A stretch of 54,927 bases of DNA, filler included, from Sluysia triapertura (Eukaryota): the NCBI GenBank assembly GCA_046118255.1. It is 4 parts of 4 records of this genome, joined end to end, with 100 filler letters (N's around TTAATTAATTAA, not from the genome) between each part and the next. Parts side by side here need not be neighbours in the genome. Positions count along the whole stretch, not along the records: positions 1 to 16,917 come from JBJNIA010196152.1; 3 more parts are not named here. One strand, 5' to 3'. Positions 1 through 12,899 of the stretch are shown here, in pieces. The translations under genes were made by a program, and so were the position numbers. How positions within the stretch are numbered: position 1 is the stretch's first letter; each line of letters begins with the position of its first letter. The notes beneath the pieces were generated by a model. That model saw nothing but the letters and a program-made list of their open reading frames with translations. It did no database searches and was not told the origin of the DNA.

Positions 1-75
1 TTAATCAGTTGCGGAACCCCTGTCAACGTTCCAGGGAACCCTAGGGTTCCGCGGAACCCAGGTTGAAGACCCCTG
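1..75. mobile_element. Right end of a hAT-like non-autonomous element (MITE), cut by the window edge
   Basis: GC-rich island with repeated GGAACCC/GGGTTCC subterminal motifs, ending GTTGAAGACCCCTG (reverse complement CAGGGGTCTTCAAC), a typical hAT/Charlie-type TIR. The left TIR and TSD are not visible. Confidence 0.6.
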
Positions 76-329
76 AAATATGTAATAACATTTAATAATT
101 AAGTGTAAAGACGGGAAATAATTTTTATTATAATTTTGTAAATTACTATTATTAATAATTATTATAACTATTTCATGTAAATTATACGATAATTTTGGAC
201 TAGTGAATATCATATAATTTTGTGAATAATTATACATTGTAACTATTTTAAACAAATCATACGACGATAATGTTAATATAATTTTGTGATTATTATAATC
301 GAATCTGACTGGAAATAATTATTATATAA

Positions 330-593
330 TAACAGCTATATAGCAAAAATATGTATAAGTACAACAAGGCTATTAATCGTTTTGAGGTTTTCTGGAAATA
401 TTGAAATCTATTTGTAAACGGCAAAATTCTGAAATTACTCACAATAACGATAATGATTGTTTTAAGAAGACACCGGGACATTTTTACATCGACAAGGATT
501 CTGAAGATATTGAAATCTAAGTGTATACACCAGGTAAGAATTATTTCCAATCTCACATAAATGAAAATTAATTTTATTATTATTATTATTATT
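330..593 (+). mobile_element. Possible decayed LINE 3' end with (ATT)n tail
   Basis: A broken frame includes EDTGTFLH, which resembles the ED(T)xHFL part of the LINE C-terminal CCHC region. An (ATT)n tract follows at about 572-593. Confidence 0.3.
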
Positions 594-1789
594 TAAAATT
601 TTAACTAAAATAAAAATAAATTTATGTAACGTTGTTAAATATATCAATTTCATTTAAATTTTGTTTAATAATTAATCATCGTAGCTTTTTAGTAAAGTGG
701 GTTGATAATATAGTGCATAAGTACTATATTAAGTACTTTGATAAAAGAGTATAATTATTGTAAAATTCAATAAAGATTAGATAAATATCATAGAACTAAG
801 TTAAAACTAAGAACGTTTTGAAGATTCTTATAAAGTATATTGAAAAGTTCAAAGTTGGAATAGAATTTTTATAAAGTAAGTTGAACAAATTTAGTTTTGT
901 AAAATATAATTAAGTTTTTTTGTCGAATAATAAAACACATACAAGAATTTGAATAAATACACTTCAACGAATTACAACTTTTGTTGAGAATTTCTATCTC
1001 GAATAACTGAGACGAGTATTCGAGTTCACATTTCCAGATCAGTCAAACATAATAGACAAAGTATAGATATTACTTGAAGAGTTAATTGATAGAGGAAAGT
1101 TACATTAATAAAAGATTGTACCTCCAGTTAAAATTTAAGTAGTAATATAAAGTGAAAATGTTATTAAAGAAATTTAGATTAAGATCAGAGATTAATGAAA
1201 TGTGACATCTGTACGCATCATTTTGTTGTTAAATTCATCCATTAACAAACACAGACATAAGCACAAATACAATTCACTCTAAACGCATTCATTAACATCT
1301 CATCCATCTCATAACATCATCATATCTCGCCCAACTTATAAATTCCTTTAACTAAATCATTAGCATGCAGAAAGTTTAATTAATTATAGCTTTTGCTGCC
1401 GATTTCGCTTTCTTCCTTCTGCTTTGCAGCACCTATCAAATTTTAATTTTTTTATGTGTATCCCTCTACTTTAAAGGATGTATATTAGAAAAGTTTATGC
1501 AATGTATGTTTTTTTCCAAAATTAAGCTTCCATTTTTTTGAAAATTCATTATTTTTGTTTAAATTTTCAAATGTTTCAAAAGTAATAAGAATATTAATTT
1601 TTATGTACGCGAATTTCGAAATCGGTGAAATAATTTCATTTGGGATTTTACGAATTTGATATCCGAAATTTTTTGGTTCGAAATTTGTAAGAACGTTACG
1701 TTTTTTGTAAAAAAAACCTTTTCTTTAGAACTATGCAAAATTTTGAACCAAATGTTGTTATAAAACCAACTCATTTGATGATAATGATG

Positions 1790-2425
1790 CACTACAACTT
1801 AGCAAGATTTCACCTTTCATCGATCCTACAGTATCAACTTTTCAAAGTATGGATAAATTAATGCAACTTGATTTTTAGTTCGATCGCAACTTTACAAATT
1901 ACTACCGAAAATTGTTACGGAAGTCGATTTATCCAAATACGTGCTATCAAAGCTTATCTCTGTTCTTTATTTCAAATAGTCCTTATAAGCTCACAAGACT
2001 TGAACTTCATGATGAGTTAGAATTGAAAAGTTACATTCTTCCTATGATGAATCAAGCTCTTGAAGTCGACAACAGTCAAATTCAGGAACTGTGCTTAAAG
2101 ATTTTGCCAATTGTAGCTCAGTTAACGGCATTCAGTGATATAAAAATTTCCACATTTTAATATGCTCTGCTTAAATTATCAATCTACTAAGATGAAAATG
2201 TCTTATTTATTGTGTGTACTTAAACTGTCAGAATATACAATTAAGTGTTTCGTATTTGAAGAAGTACTAGAAGAATTACGTGAACCTAACTGTTTTGATG
2301 CCTATTCTTGTTATACATCAAGTGGCATTTCCTCGCAAGAAATTGGTCGCAACGGCAGAAATAATGGTAACTAATCTTCCACCTTTCCTGTTGCCATTCG
2401 CGACCGACAATAATTTAAATTCAAG
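1790..2425 (+). pseudogene. SCYL2: SCYL2 (CVAK104)-like pseudogene fragment, HEAT-repeat region, intronless
   Basis: Stitched frames give DPTVSTFQSMDKLMQLD...LYKLLPKLL...ELKSYILPMMNQALEVDNSQIQELCLKILPIVAQL...YLLCVLKLSEYTIKCFVFEEVL...VLMPILVIHQVAFPRKKL...LPPFLLPFATDNNLN. This is collinear with SCYL2 (IKNSVLPMVYRALEAPSIQIQELCLNIIP...LGKILEYLDKWFVLDDIL...VLMGILGIY...HKKLGI...LIPLSIENNLN, from memory). It has frameshifts, stops and an internal deletion. Confidence 0.8.
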
Positions 2426-3619
2426 CCTACATGCAATGTCCATGGAATACCGCTCGAAATTCGTAAATTATTTCGGAAATGGCCATGACGCAGCACAAAT
2501 TTATCAAGAGAAACTTCACCTTATTGTACAACTTCTTAAAAGAAAACTTCTTGTAAGTAGTCTATTAAAATTTGATCTCGTTTTTATTGTTTTAAAACAT
2601 TTTTATCGTTCGATAATATTTAAGTATTCAATATATACGCTCTTCGATTATTTCTTTTCTAGATTTTATAACTGTAATGTATTTTTTGACATTTACTTCA
2701 TTAACAATTTTTAAAGAGATTTTTGCTTTATTGATTTAATACAGGACCTTAAGTCCTACTTTCTTTGTAATTTGAATTTAAATTTAATTTAAAATTGCCC
2801 TAAATTTTTCGATATTTACTACTACTAGGCCCAACAACCATTATAATTAAGAGTTCATACAAGCACACACTAATTTTACAAAAGAATCACATATTAAAAT
2901 AAATCTTTGCAATAATAACAACAGTCATAATAAAATTAGGTCAAAATAATCGTATTAACATTACGTTGCTGAAGTTTAAAACGGTTAAAGAATTTAATAT
3001 TTGGTCCATATTATGTATTCAATTTTCACATAAGTTTTATTAGTGCCATACAGTTACTTATTCCATCTCACAATGGTGATTTAAAAGTACAACGAAGATT
3101 TCCGCAAAAAAGTATTAATTTAGTTAATGTCGCTGATTATAACTCGAACTCGTTTAAATTTGAATTATTAAGAGTATGGTGAAATCCTGTTTCGATTTTG
3201 AAAATAATTATAATGACATTTAAATAATATACTAACAAATTTATTTCACTTAATCTTTTAAATGAATCATTTTGAATGATTTTAATAATTATGAAATTTT
3301 ACATAAAATTACTTACATTTGTAAATTGGGCTTTATTAATGATAACAATATAGATCATTATTATTGTCATTATTTTTTATTTCTTTTATAATTTATCTGG
3401 AAATTCTATTATATCTGAAACTTTGATCTAGTATAAATAGACAAGGCCTATTTACAAATTGTCATCACGCTGGCAAGATGTCATAATTATATTCTACAAT
3501 AAATATTATTAACGACATAAAAATTTATTATTTTGTTTTATTCTAAACATTGTAATGAATGACCATCACTTCAGTACTCCAGCAGCCATGGAAAATTATT
3601 TTATGCTACAAAGTAGAAA

Positions 3620-4070
3620 GTAGTACTTCCAAATACGATCGTAAGATAAACGATGATGAGGATTATATTCTAGTTAAAATATGTAGAATCAAATCATTTT
3701 CACCATAAACAACTGCTTACAAATTTCCAATCAAATCATAGGAAAGGTATTCATAACACAAATAAGAATCCTATAATGACATATCTGCCAAAAGAAGATT
3801 CGATGAGATCAAAGTGTTATTTTATCTCAAGAATAGCACAAGTTTATGAAAGTTTGGAATTGCTAATGTTCCATTGAATAACGTATTGGTGCTGAAATCA
3901 ATTAGACTTAACATTAAGTTCCTGACAAAACGAATACTAAAGCAAACAAGTAAATGAACCCATTTATTAAGTACATAAGAAGCTTTTTAGACCTTTAGAT
4001 TTATACAAAACTGAACGTTTATTTCAATGATATTGTACCTTGTATTAAAATTCAACAGAAACCGTTATTA
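3620..4070 (+). mobile_element. Possible highly decayed Tc1-like transposase fragment
   Basis: PKYDRKINDDEDYILVKICRIKSF resembles the Tc1 GRPRK..T..EDR.I.R linker. There are many stops and no TIRs were found. Confidence 0.25.
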
Positions 4071-4177
4071 ACATTATTCTTCTAAGAACATAATTACCAA
4101 TATTAGAATTAAATACTAATTTAAATTTATTTTATTAGTAATATGTGCAAAAGTAATTTGTAGTAATTAATATTAAC

Positions 4178-4282
4178 CTGTTTTCTTAGAATTCGCACAG
4201 ATGTTGTCGTATATACATCAGACCACTTTGTTTTCATAGATACAGAAAATTCAGTACCAGTTAGATCAATTTTGAAATGACC
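4178..4282 (-). CDS. Exon (105 nt, phase 0 to 0) of an ADAMTS9/20/GON-1-like gene, GON domain
   Basis: tag|GGT...CAG|gttaat encodes GHFKIDLTGTEFSVSMKTKWSDVYTTTSVRILRKQ, matching GON-domain G.F.I(N/D)L.GT.....W. It is in phase with the exon at 5707-5798. Confidence 0.85.
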
Positions 4283-4331
4283 CTAACATAAACAACACTT
4301 CAGTTTTATTTAATTGTTAGTAAAATTAACA

Positions 4332-4410
<79 letters not shown>
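4332..4410. repeat. (AAT)n microsatellite, tail of the adjacent LINE fragment
   Basis: Perfect AAT run directly abutting the 3' end of the LINE fragment at 4411-4755. Confidence 0.95.
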
Positions 4411-4755
4411 TGTTGCTCTAATATCTACTGCAAGCTAAGTAATCATTACAATATTTCTAACATAGAAAAAACTTTGTATTTTTCTTAAATATTTCATAAT
4501 CGTCCAATAAAGTAACATTTTTATAGGATTATTGTACATTTTTGAAACATAAACACTAAGTAACCTATCATCTAGCTTATTATCACGGTTGATTCGTAAA
4601 AAATTATTATACTTTAATAACATATTCATTTTAGTTTCCGAAGTTTTTGTTATTTCCAATAAATATTCACTTATAAATTATTGTCCCGATTTTAAATTTT
4701 ACTCTTGCTTTTATTTGGTAATCAATGTACTTCTTTAAGATAATATAAACGCGCT
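4411..4755 (-). mobile_element. CR1/L2-type LINE 3' fragment (5'-truncated, decayed)
   Basis: Clearly homologous to 34491-34920 and 25700-26264. It encodes a decayed YLKEVH.LP.KAR.K.K...IIYK...DDR...VYVSKMYN C-terminal LINE motif followed by an (ATT)n tail. Confidence 0.7.
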
Positions 4756-5706
4756 TCAATATTATGTAAACTTAATAACTAAAAACAGAATGAATTTATA
4801 TATTTTGAAATTTTAATATTGTATTAATATTGATAACAATTATCTGAAAATTGATACTAATAAAAACTTTTGTTTTATTTTAATATATTAATATATTTTA
4901 ATATATGAGGGGTTTAGTCTGTTTATTCTGTTTTTATTGCTGACTTTTTATTGCATGAACATTACCTAGTAAAATTAAATTAATAATATTATTGGTTTGG
5001 GTTTTAATTCGTGGCTTTTAGCTGACTGTAAGCGTTAATAAAAGCTATTCTAACGTGCGGGGGCTGTAAAATCCGTTATTTGAAAGAGTACATAATGTAC
5101 GCTATTTTAATTCTGGAATTAAACTTGTACTAGGTTGCCATCACAACCATTTAAAAGTTAATTTTCGAAAAAAGAAAATAAGCTTTGAAAAAAAAGAAAA
5201 ATTCTAGAATTATACTTCCTTCTGATTGGCTGCATCTGAATCACAAAGAACATATTATAAATTGTAGCGACATTTTTTGTTTTGAAAAATTACAAAATGT
5301 TACATTTTATGAGTTCGTTTTATGGAAATTTTACTGTACAAATTTTACTAGAAGGTTAAAATGAAACATTTTGCGCAAAAACTCCAATTGAAATTTTAAA
5401 TTTTGTAAGCGAAAATTTCATTTTACACCAAAGGTAGTTTCAAATTACAGAAGGATAATGTGTTTCGTTCGAAATGCAAGAAGAATTTTATATTGTTCTA
5501 AAACAAAATAATTTTTACTTTTTGCTTATGAGAGGTTTGCCTCTTAATTATATGCACGTACTTAAAAGTTTAATTTTAATTGATGTAGGTTTTCATTTAT
5601 TTTTGTTATTATAATTATTTTCATTATAAATTTTATTTTAATTTAATTATTTCAATTATTAACAAAAGTAAGTAGATAATCTTATTAAAATATTTATTAA
5701 ACTAAC

Positions 5707-5798
5707 TTGAGGACATGCTTTAAATTGAGAACAGTCTTTAGCGGTACCGTATGGAATAGTAGAAATACCACGAGTTGTAGAAAATCTCGCGTCTTGAA
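5707..5798 (-). CDS. Exon (92 nt, phase 1 to 0) of an ADAMTS9/20/GON-1-like gene, GON domain
   Basis: ttttag|TT CAA...CCT CAA|gttagt encodes QDARFSTTRGISTIPYGTAKDCSQFKACPQ, matching GON-domain D..F..T..G..VP(F/Y)(A/G)TA.DC.....CPQ|G. Confidence 0.85.
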
Positions 5799-7109
5799 CT
5801 AAAAATATATTATTATTATTATTATTATCATTATAAGAAATCATGAATAATTTTATTTTTACAATTTATTGTATTGATTGTTTATGGTGTTATTTAAACG
5901 TGATAATCAAACAAATAATTATTAATATTGAATATTGATATAAATTCATGAATAATTTATTAATATGTAATACTGAATTTAATTAAATTAAGTTATATAA
6001 ATCGCTAAGTAGTTTAATGATTCTTTTGTTTTTTATTAGCCAATCAAAAATTTTTCAAAATTTTATTTTTGGAAATATATAAAATAGGAATATTTATTTT
6101 GCATGCTATATAAACTTTTTATTAAAGATATAATATATGTTTTCAAGCGACAATTTTGAATAATGAAACATCTATTTAAAAGCAAATTATATCAAATGAT
6201 TTGTCATATTTGAAAATAGAGATACTTTTTTAGAAGATAAAATGTGATATTTTCCGAAATCGCAATTTATCTTCAGTAAGTATTCTTACAAATGTACCGT
6301 GGTATATGTGGAGATAACTGCTGCAATCCACACAAAGTACCGGAGAATAACTTATTCGTCATATTTGACAACTCTGATAAGATAAAATTGTCAGAATAAA
6401 ATTTATTATTATTTGATTTTTTTGTTATTAGTGCAATAATTTCTAAATTCTAAATTATATTTTTAGAGATTTTAAATATGTTAACACATAAAGATGCGGC
6501 CAAGTATTTTTGCATTCTGTAATATGATACCGTTTACTAAGCGAAGGTATGTTAGATAACAAGTTAAACTTGTAAAATTCGTACAATATTGTTCGGTGTT
6601 TACGCGCAGCGGCAAAAGAAATATGCGGAAGTTTAAGTGTTAATATGAAACCATATGATAATATTTCCTAGCACTTGGGACATCGCGAAAATTACATGTC
6701 ACCAGAAATAAATTTTCAATAAAAATTTTCATTCAATGGTACAATCTTCGAAATATACAAACAACAAATTTTTAAAAAATGGAACTTTATGGATTAGATA
6801 TATAATTATTACTAAATATTTTAATTGTTTTGCTATTACCTTATTTTCTTGCCTATAGCCCGTGGGATATACATTGACAAAAGTGTATTTTTGTGGTTAT
6901 ACATCAATAGTTTAGAAATTTATTTTAAAAAAGTTGATTTTTATAATGCGGGCTATATATTAAGTGCGGATTATACACAAGAAAATACGGTAATATTAAA
7001 AATATTCATTTAATACTTGAATTTTAATACATTATTGTTACAGGGATTTGCAATCCTACATTGACATATAACTAAAAATTATACAATATAGGTACATTAA
7101 TTTTCTCGA

Positions 7110-7480
7110 CGGTATTTCGAGATAGAGCCTTTTTCTTGTAATATTCATTTTAGATAATCGCCTTGAAACTGCACACTTTGAAATTGTAGTGTGCTGAATA
7201 CTTTGAAGCTTGAAACAAATTTCCTCTTCAGATATAGCTTACAATACTAAAAAGTAATTGTTTAGTTTATGTTAATTGTTCATTTCTTGACCTATATATT
7301 CTTTTAATTTCTATCCTATTAGTTATAAAAAAGGTCACCAGTTTCATATTGCTTAATGATTTTTGCAATAGTTTGATCATAAACCTTGAGAGATGAAGAT
7401 ATTTCTTGACCTTTTGTCATAAACATGGAAATGTTATCATAAGTTTCTTTTGTGATAACCTTCAAAACCTTTCTTGCCAT
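7110..7480 (-). mobile_element. Decayed IS630/Tc1-superfamily transposase N-terminal (HTH) fragment
   Basis: The ATG at 7480 opens MARKVLKVITKETYDNISMFMTKGQEISSSLKVYDQTIAKIIKQYETG, which is HTH-like (TI.KIIKQY.ETG). KMNITRKRL occurs downstream near 7125-7153. Stops and frameshifts are present. Confidence 0.5.
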
Positions 7481-7781
7481 ATGGATTCTAAAAAATCTCC
7501 TATTTAGTTAATATAGGACTTCACAAATGCTAATATGTTTTCTAAATGATTACGTAAATATTGATAAATCAATTTTAATAGTTAACACACTTTTTATAAT
7601 ATACAGTAGTAGATAAATTACTAAACAACTTACTATCAATACTCAAATCAGTCATGTTGACGCGAATGCGACGATAATATGTGGCACTGTACAGATTTTC
7701 ATTTACTCTGCAATCATTACAGTCGCTGTTTGATTCGTAGCTTGTGTCCGAAAAAATACATTGGGATATATTTGAGTTTCT

Positions 7782-7782
<1 letters not shown>

Positions 7783-7831
<49 letters not shown>
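7783..7831. repeat. (TAA)n microsatellite
   Basis: Perfect trinucleotide run. Confidence 0.95.
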
Positions 7832-7832
<1 letters not shown>

Positions 7833-9689
7833 TATAATCATAAAATAATTGTATCACTTAAAATATATTACAATAAACTAATATTAAAAAAGAAACCAAG
7901 AAATTAAGAAAGATAAAAATGGAATTTAGAGATCATGAAACGGAATTAGCAGATGAAAAAGTTACAGATTAAGCACAAATGTAGGCTAAGACTTAAATAT
8001 ATGAAAAAAGATAATATATTATATATATATTAGGGAAAAATGAAATAATACATAAAAGAAAATACTTATGCTAAATCATTTTACAGTTTTAATATGTAAT
8101 AGAAATTAATTAAACTAAACTGAGAATGTTACTAAAATAAATCGACATTAAACATTCTCATTTATTCAATTTAAATCGTCTGCAACAAATTTCAACTTTT
8201 TATTATACGCATTTTAACATTATGCTATATTCCTATTGTATATCCAAAATTATTACTAATGTAAAATTATAGTTCCTAGCTTATATGCCTAGCCTATAGT
8301 TCCTACAATCTGCTTATACTTCTTTAAGGTCATCATAAAATTGTTAAAGAATGCCGGTTTTATTTTGTTTCAAATTAAAAATTAATTAAATTTTGCTACT
8401 ACTATTTACAATAAATAATATTAATTAAATTACTAAGTAATTAATCTAATAATAATATAACAATCATAAAAGTAGTAATAATAGCAATAATTTTAATAAT
8501 ACAATATCACTGTCCTAATCATTTTATCATATCATCATCATCATTATCATTATAGTTATGCGAGAAAAAAGTGTGATAGAATAAATAAAATGAAGTTAAA
8601 GTCGTGAGTCCACCAACGTACTAGACTTACCAGCGAGGCCAGTCGTTGGATTTTTATAAGATAAATGTAAAGTAAAAGTTTAGGATTTTGGTTATGTCTC
8701 CTGTCTGAAGGTAGATATATAATTTTAATTCGAGTTATTAAATTAATTTGAATTTATTGATGTATTTTACGAATGATTCCCTTATATGGAATCAATAAAT
8801 AGAAGTTTACCTTCTAGAATTAAATTCTAGATTTTTTGAAAACGATAAATAATGGAATTTTAGCTGATTTTAAAACTATTTAAGTTAAAAAACAATAATA
8901 ATACAAAAATCTCTTTATTTTCTACAGATATGTAAATCTTATACACAGGTAATCAATAATAATAAAAATAAAAATTTACTTTAATTAACTATTATTAGTT
9001 AATTACTTTTAATTTAAATTTATTGAGGATTTTTCTATAGATCTTTATAAGATCCAAATTCTAACAAAAGATATATTAAGTTATATTTTGCGTGTGATAT
9101 AAATTTATATCAAAAAACATATAAACAATTAAACTAACATCACTACTAAAATTATTTTGTGTAACGATCCTTATAATTTGAATTGATCGGATACTTCGGT
9201 TTTGAATGGAATCCTTACTTGTTTACGCAAAAATAATTCTTGTTATAAATTTTCAAAATTTTTGTTGTTGTTGTGTTGTGAGATTAACGTAAAACAAATC
9301 AAAACATTAAAATATTAAAACATTTATTAAAATTTAATAATTTTAGAATCAATAATTTTAATTTTAGAATAAATTACATATTATTAAAATTCAATAAAAT
9401 AATTACAGAATACCTTTATCATGCCCATTATTATAAAATTTCCAAAAATTGAATAAGTTGAATAAAGTTTTCTAAATATTAAAATTATTAATAAAATTAT
9501 CACAAGCTTTTAATAAAATTTAGAATCAATATTCAGTTATTTAAAAATAATCGAAAAGTTATAAACAAATCAAATTTAATCACAAAGCCCACGAACAGCC
9601 AAATTAAATAATCAATGTTTTACAAAACAAAACCATCCTGAACCATAAACGATAGACAAAAGTGCTTTTGAAAAGTAATTCTTGTGCAC

Positions 9690-10000
9690 GAATATAATGA
9701 AACATTCAACATCTCGTTCATCTCAAATTACACATGAATCTTCTTAATTCTGAAGTACGAATTGGAGAAAATTCTTCCAGTTTACTTATGAAATGATAAG
9801 CAGTAGCACAAATAATTCGATAAATTTTCTGTGCAGCAATCAAGCAATAGCGATCGATAACCTTGACTGTCAAAGCAATCACTTCTGGTTTAGAACCACT
9901 AAGCCAAACAATTAACCGAGATTACATTGTAATACTTTCAGAAGCACTTTGTGATTTTGGTAACCCAAATCCTCAGTATTATCTTCGACTATGCATAAAA
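9690..10000 (-). pseudogene. Divergent cyclin-like (cyclin N-box) pseudogene
   Basis: One frame reads GLPKSQSASESITM*SRLIVWLSGSKPEVIALTVKVIDRYCLIAAQKIYRIICATAYHFISKLEEFSPIRTSELRRF. This matches the cyclin box IT..MR.ILVDWL...ETL.LAV..IDR(F/Y)L...LQLVG.TA..IASKYEE..P. There is an in-frame TAA at 9922-9924, helix 1-2 is shortened, and frameshifts flank both sides. Confidence 0.7.
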
Positions 10001-12584
10001 ATAATCACACATACAGAGAAAAAGTAAACAACTTTACCAATATAATGATGCACAAGTAGCAGAAATAATTACAATAATAATCGTAATAAAGTAGGAGAAA
10101 CAATACATAGAGAGAGGAAGAACAAATGAAACATTTTAAGAACGATAATAGTTAATATAACAATCACAAAATTATTATAATAATAATAGTTATTTATTAT
10201 GTGCATATTTTGTATGTGTTGAGTAATTTGTTTAAGAAGTGTTGATTTGTGATGAAATGCGTTTATGATAATAATAATAACAATAATTTTTCATTACTTT
10301 TGGTTTCCTAAAACAATGAAAACTCAGTTTGTTTCTATTGATGATAGATGTACAACATATTTTTTTGTAAAATTTTAGATTTCGTAAGATCTTAAGGTAA
10401 ATTTGGTGGTACATTTACAAAATAATCAAATTTTCTTTTAATAATCCATTGTTAACGCATTCTATAACTTTATTTACCAATTGGTCATTTTATTCTGCAT
10501 ATATTGAATGACTTAATGTCAAAGAATCAATTAGAGGAAATCGAAAACTATACTTTTGTATTATACTGTTTCGTGAAATATAATCAGTGATTTTGGTTGG
10601 TTTTTGGCCATTTAAATTAACCTTTATATTCTTTTAATAATATTATATCATAATTTTTAGTTTCCAAAAAATCGATAAGATTTACATCTTATTCTTCAAT
10701 GATACAGTCTTCCGCATGAATCTAGAGAGAATGTTCTCTAGTAGTTGTAGTAGTTGTGGTTGTAGTGACTCTAGGATTATTCGGCAGTATAAGTGAAGAA
10801 AGGATCGATTTTGACCAGTGATTGTTAAATTAAAATCATTGAGTCCGATTTGTACAGGATGAACTTGTTGTTGTGGTGAAGGCATCAGAAACCATAAAAT
10901 TGATTGGCAAGATAAAAATATCACATTGTGATGATACTGGTGCTGCAACATTATCATTGACAGGATGAATAGAATGATTACGACTAGTTTACATATTGGA
11001 TAATTGCAAGGGTCCAATTATGATACTGATGAGAAAACTGATTGATTTGTAGATTTTGATGATGGTTAATGAATGAATGGAGATTTAAACGCTAAGTCTA
11101 TGTTGCATATTATTTAAAACTAAAATTAACATAATATATAAGTATATAAACTGATGCGATGACAAATACGTAACAATAGAAGTAATTGTAACACTCAGAA
11201 ATAGGAAAAATAGAAGAATGGTAAGACGAAAATAATACGAAAACGATAATATTTTAAATTATGATAGCGATATTAAATTTTAGATGGTAGTTATGTATTG
11301 TCTAAATTATTATTGCTGTAGTGAAATTTTATTGAATTTTCAGTGTTGAATTATTAGTGTTTTTGATTTTTGGATGTTAATTAATATTTTAACATTTAAC
11401 TATCATGAATCTGATGTAAATTATTTATCTGTAACTTCTAGAGTACATACGTTTTTCACCGACATAGTTCCTTTGAAGAAACCCAATTAGATGAAATGTC
11501 ATTAAAACAAGGTTATACAGTCTACTGCTGTATCAAGAAGCTGATATTAAAGACATTACAAATTCTTATAAACAAAATTTTAATTAGTATTATTCTTTCT
11601 TATTCAAGTTTTCGTAATAAGTCTTAAGTTTCTTTTTATTATTATTTTAGGGTTACATGATTATGATAAATTTTGTTTCAGCTACAAACTTGCTAATGCA
11701 AATAAAATTTTCTTCGTAAAATAATTAGCGGCTTTAACCTTAAACAATTAGTTAAATATAATGATTTAGTCAATAAAGTTTCTTATTTTGGCGAACGAAT
11801 ACCTATAACTCCAAAAACGTCTAACATCTGAAACCGTTTTTAATTCCTAATACAATAATTCTACCATTTTTGATTAAGTACGTATCATATTTAGAATCGT
11901 TCTTTCATAAGAATTCATTCTGTATGTTGGTATGGTTTGTCCGATTAAGATCGTCGACATTATTTTAGCAATAGATAAAAGACTCCATGAAAAATCTTTT
12001 AAAAATGATTTATTAATGAATTGACAAACTTATAATAACATATTAGTACACTTTTTATAAAGAATATGATAATATAAATAATAATGATTTTAATTAGATT
12101 AATGTATAATCTGTAATGTATATGTTATTAAAAGTTTTCTCACCTCTTAAAAAGGGGGAGAAAAATAATAAAAAAATAAATTGAGTATAGCATTTACAAT
12201 CAATTAAAAGTGATTTTAAAAACTTAAAGAATTCAAACTAACGGTTAACTAAATGAAATTTGTTAGAGAAATTACAGTCCGTAGATAGATTGAGTTGCCG
12301 AGACGTCGGATATGCACTTTGGATATTGAATCTTGCAAAATGCGTTTGGTAAAGTTGTGAATCTTTTTATAACAATTCTTGTTGTTGAATGTTTGTAAAG
12401 AACTTGTAATTGCACTGTAAATGTTGTGAATATTTCATATTTACATATATTTTTAATTTGTCGTTGACCGAGTAAAATTTATTAAAATAAATGAATTTTG
12501 GAAATCATAATTTAATTTATTAAAGAATTTTGGAAATAATATTGAAAATAATTTTAATAATAATTGATAATAATTATAAAAACA

Positions 12585-12587
<3 letters not shown>

Positions 12588-12647
<60 letters not shown>

Positions 12648-12660
12648 CAATAATAATACT
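12588..12660. repeat. (AAT)n microsatellite
   Basis: Long AAT run, which is the source of the spurious poly-L and poly-I ORFs. Confidence 0.95.
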
Positions 12661-12899
12661 AAATAAGTTTATATTAACTATTTTTATTATTAAACACAAT
12701 TATTGTTTTTATTAAACACTTATTAAACACATTACATTTTTAGAAACTATTGATCAAAACTAAATTTAGATTTAGACACATTTATAAAATATCGATTTGA
12801 AACCAAATTAGACTTTGACATTATAATAGTATCAAGGATATGACAGTCAATATGAAGAAATCAGGAGTGACGCAACAAACACTAAAAATGCTTAAATAA

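Noticed and set aside
6245-6300. Hammerhead-like CTGAAGA...GAAA on the minus strand (also 501-516 on the plus strand)
   Set aside because: No valid NUH cleavage triplet or stem III pairing could be built.
7680-7740. Possible third copy of the hairpin module (GCACTGTA...TACAGTCGC)
   Set aside because: The stem is short, similarity to the two clear copies is limited to about 10 nt, and the CCAAT block is absent.
10682-11090. 111-aa ORF and Thr/Ser-rich alternative frames
   Set aside because: Low complexity, stops in the more coding-like frame, no family motif and no clear splice sites.
12453-12715. Poly-Leu/poly-Ile ORFs (also 34282-34553)
   Set aside because: They are translations of (AAT)n microsatellites.
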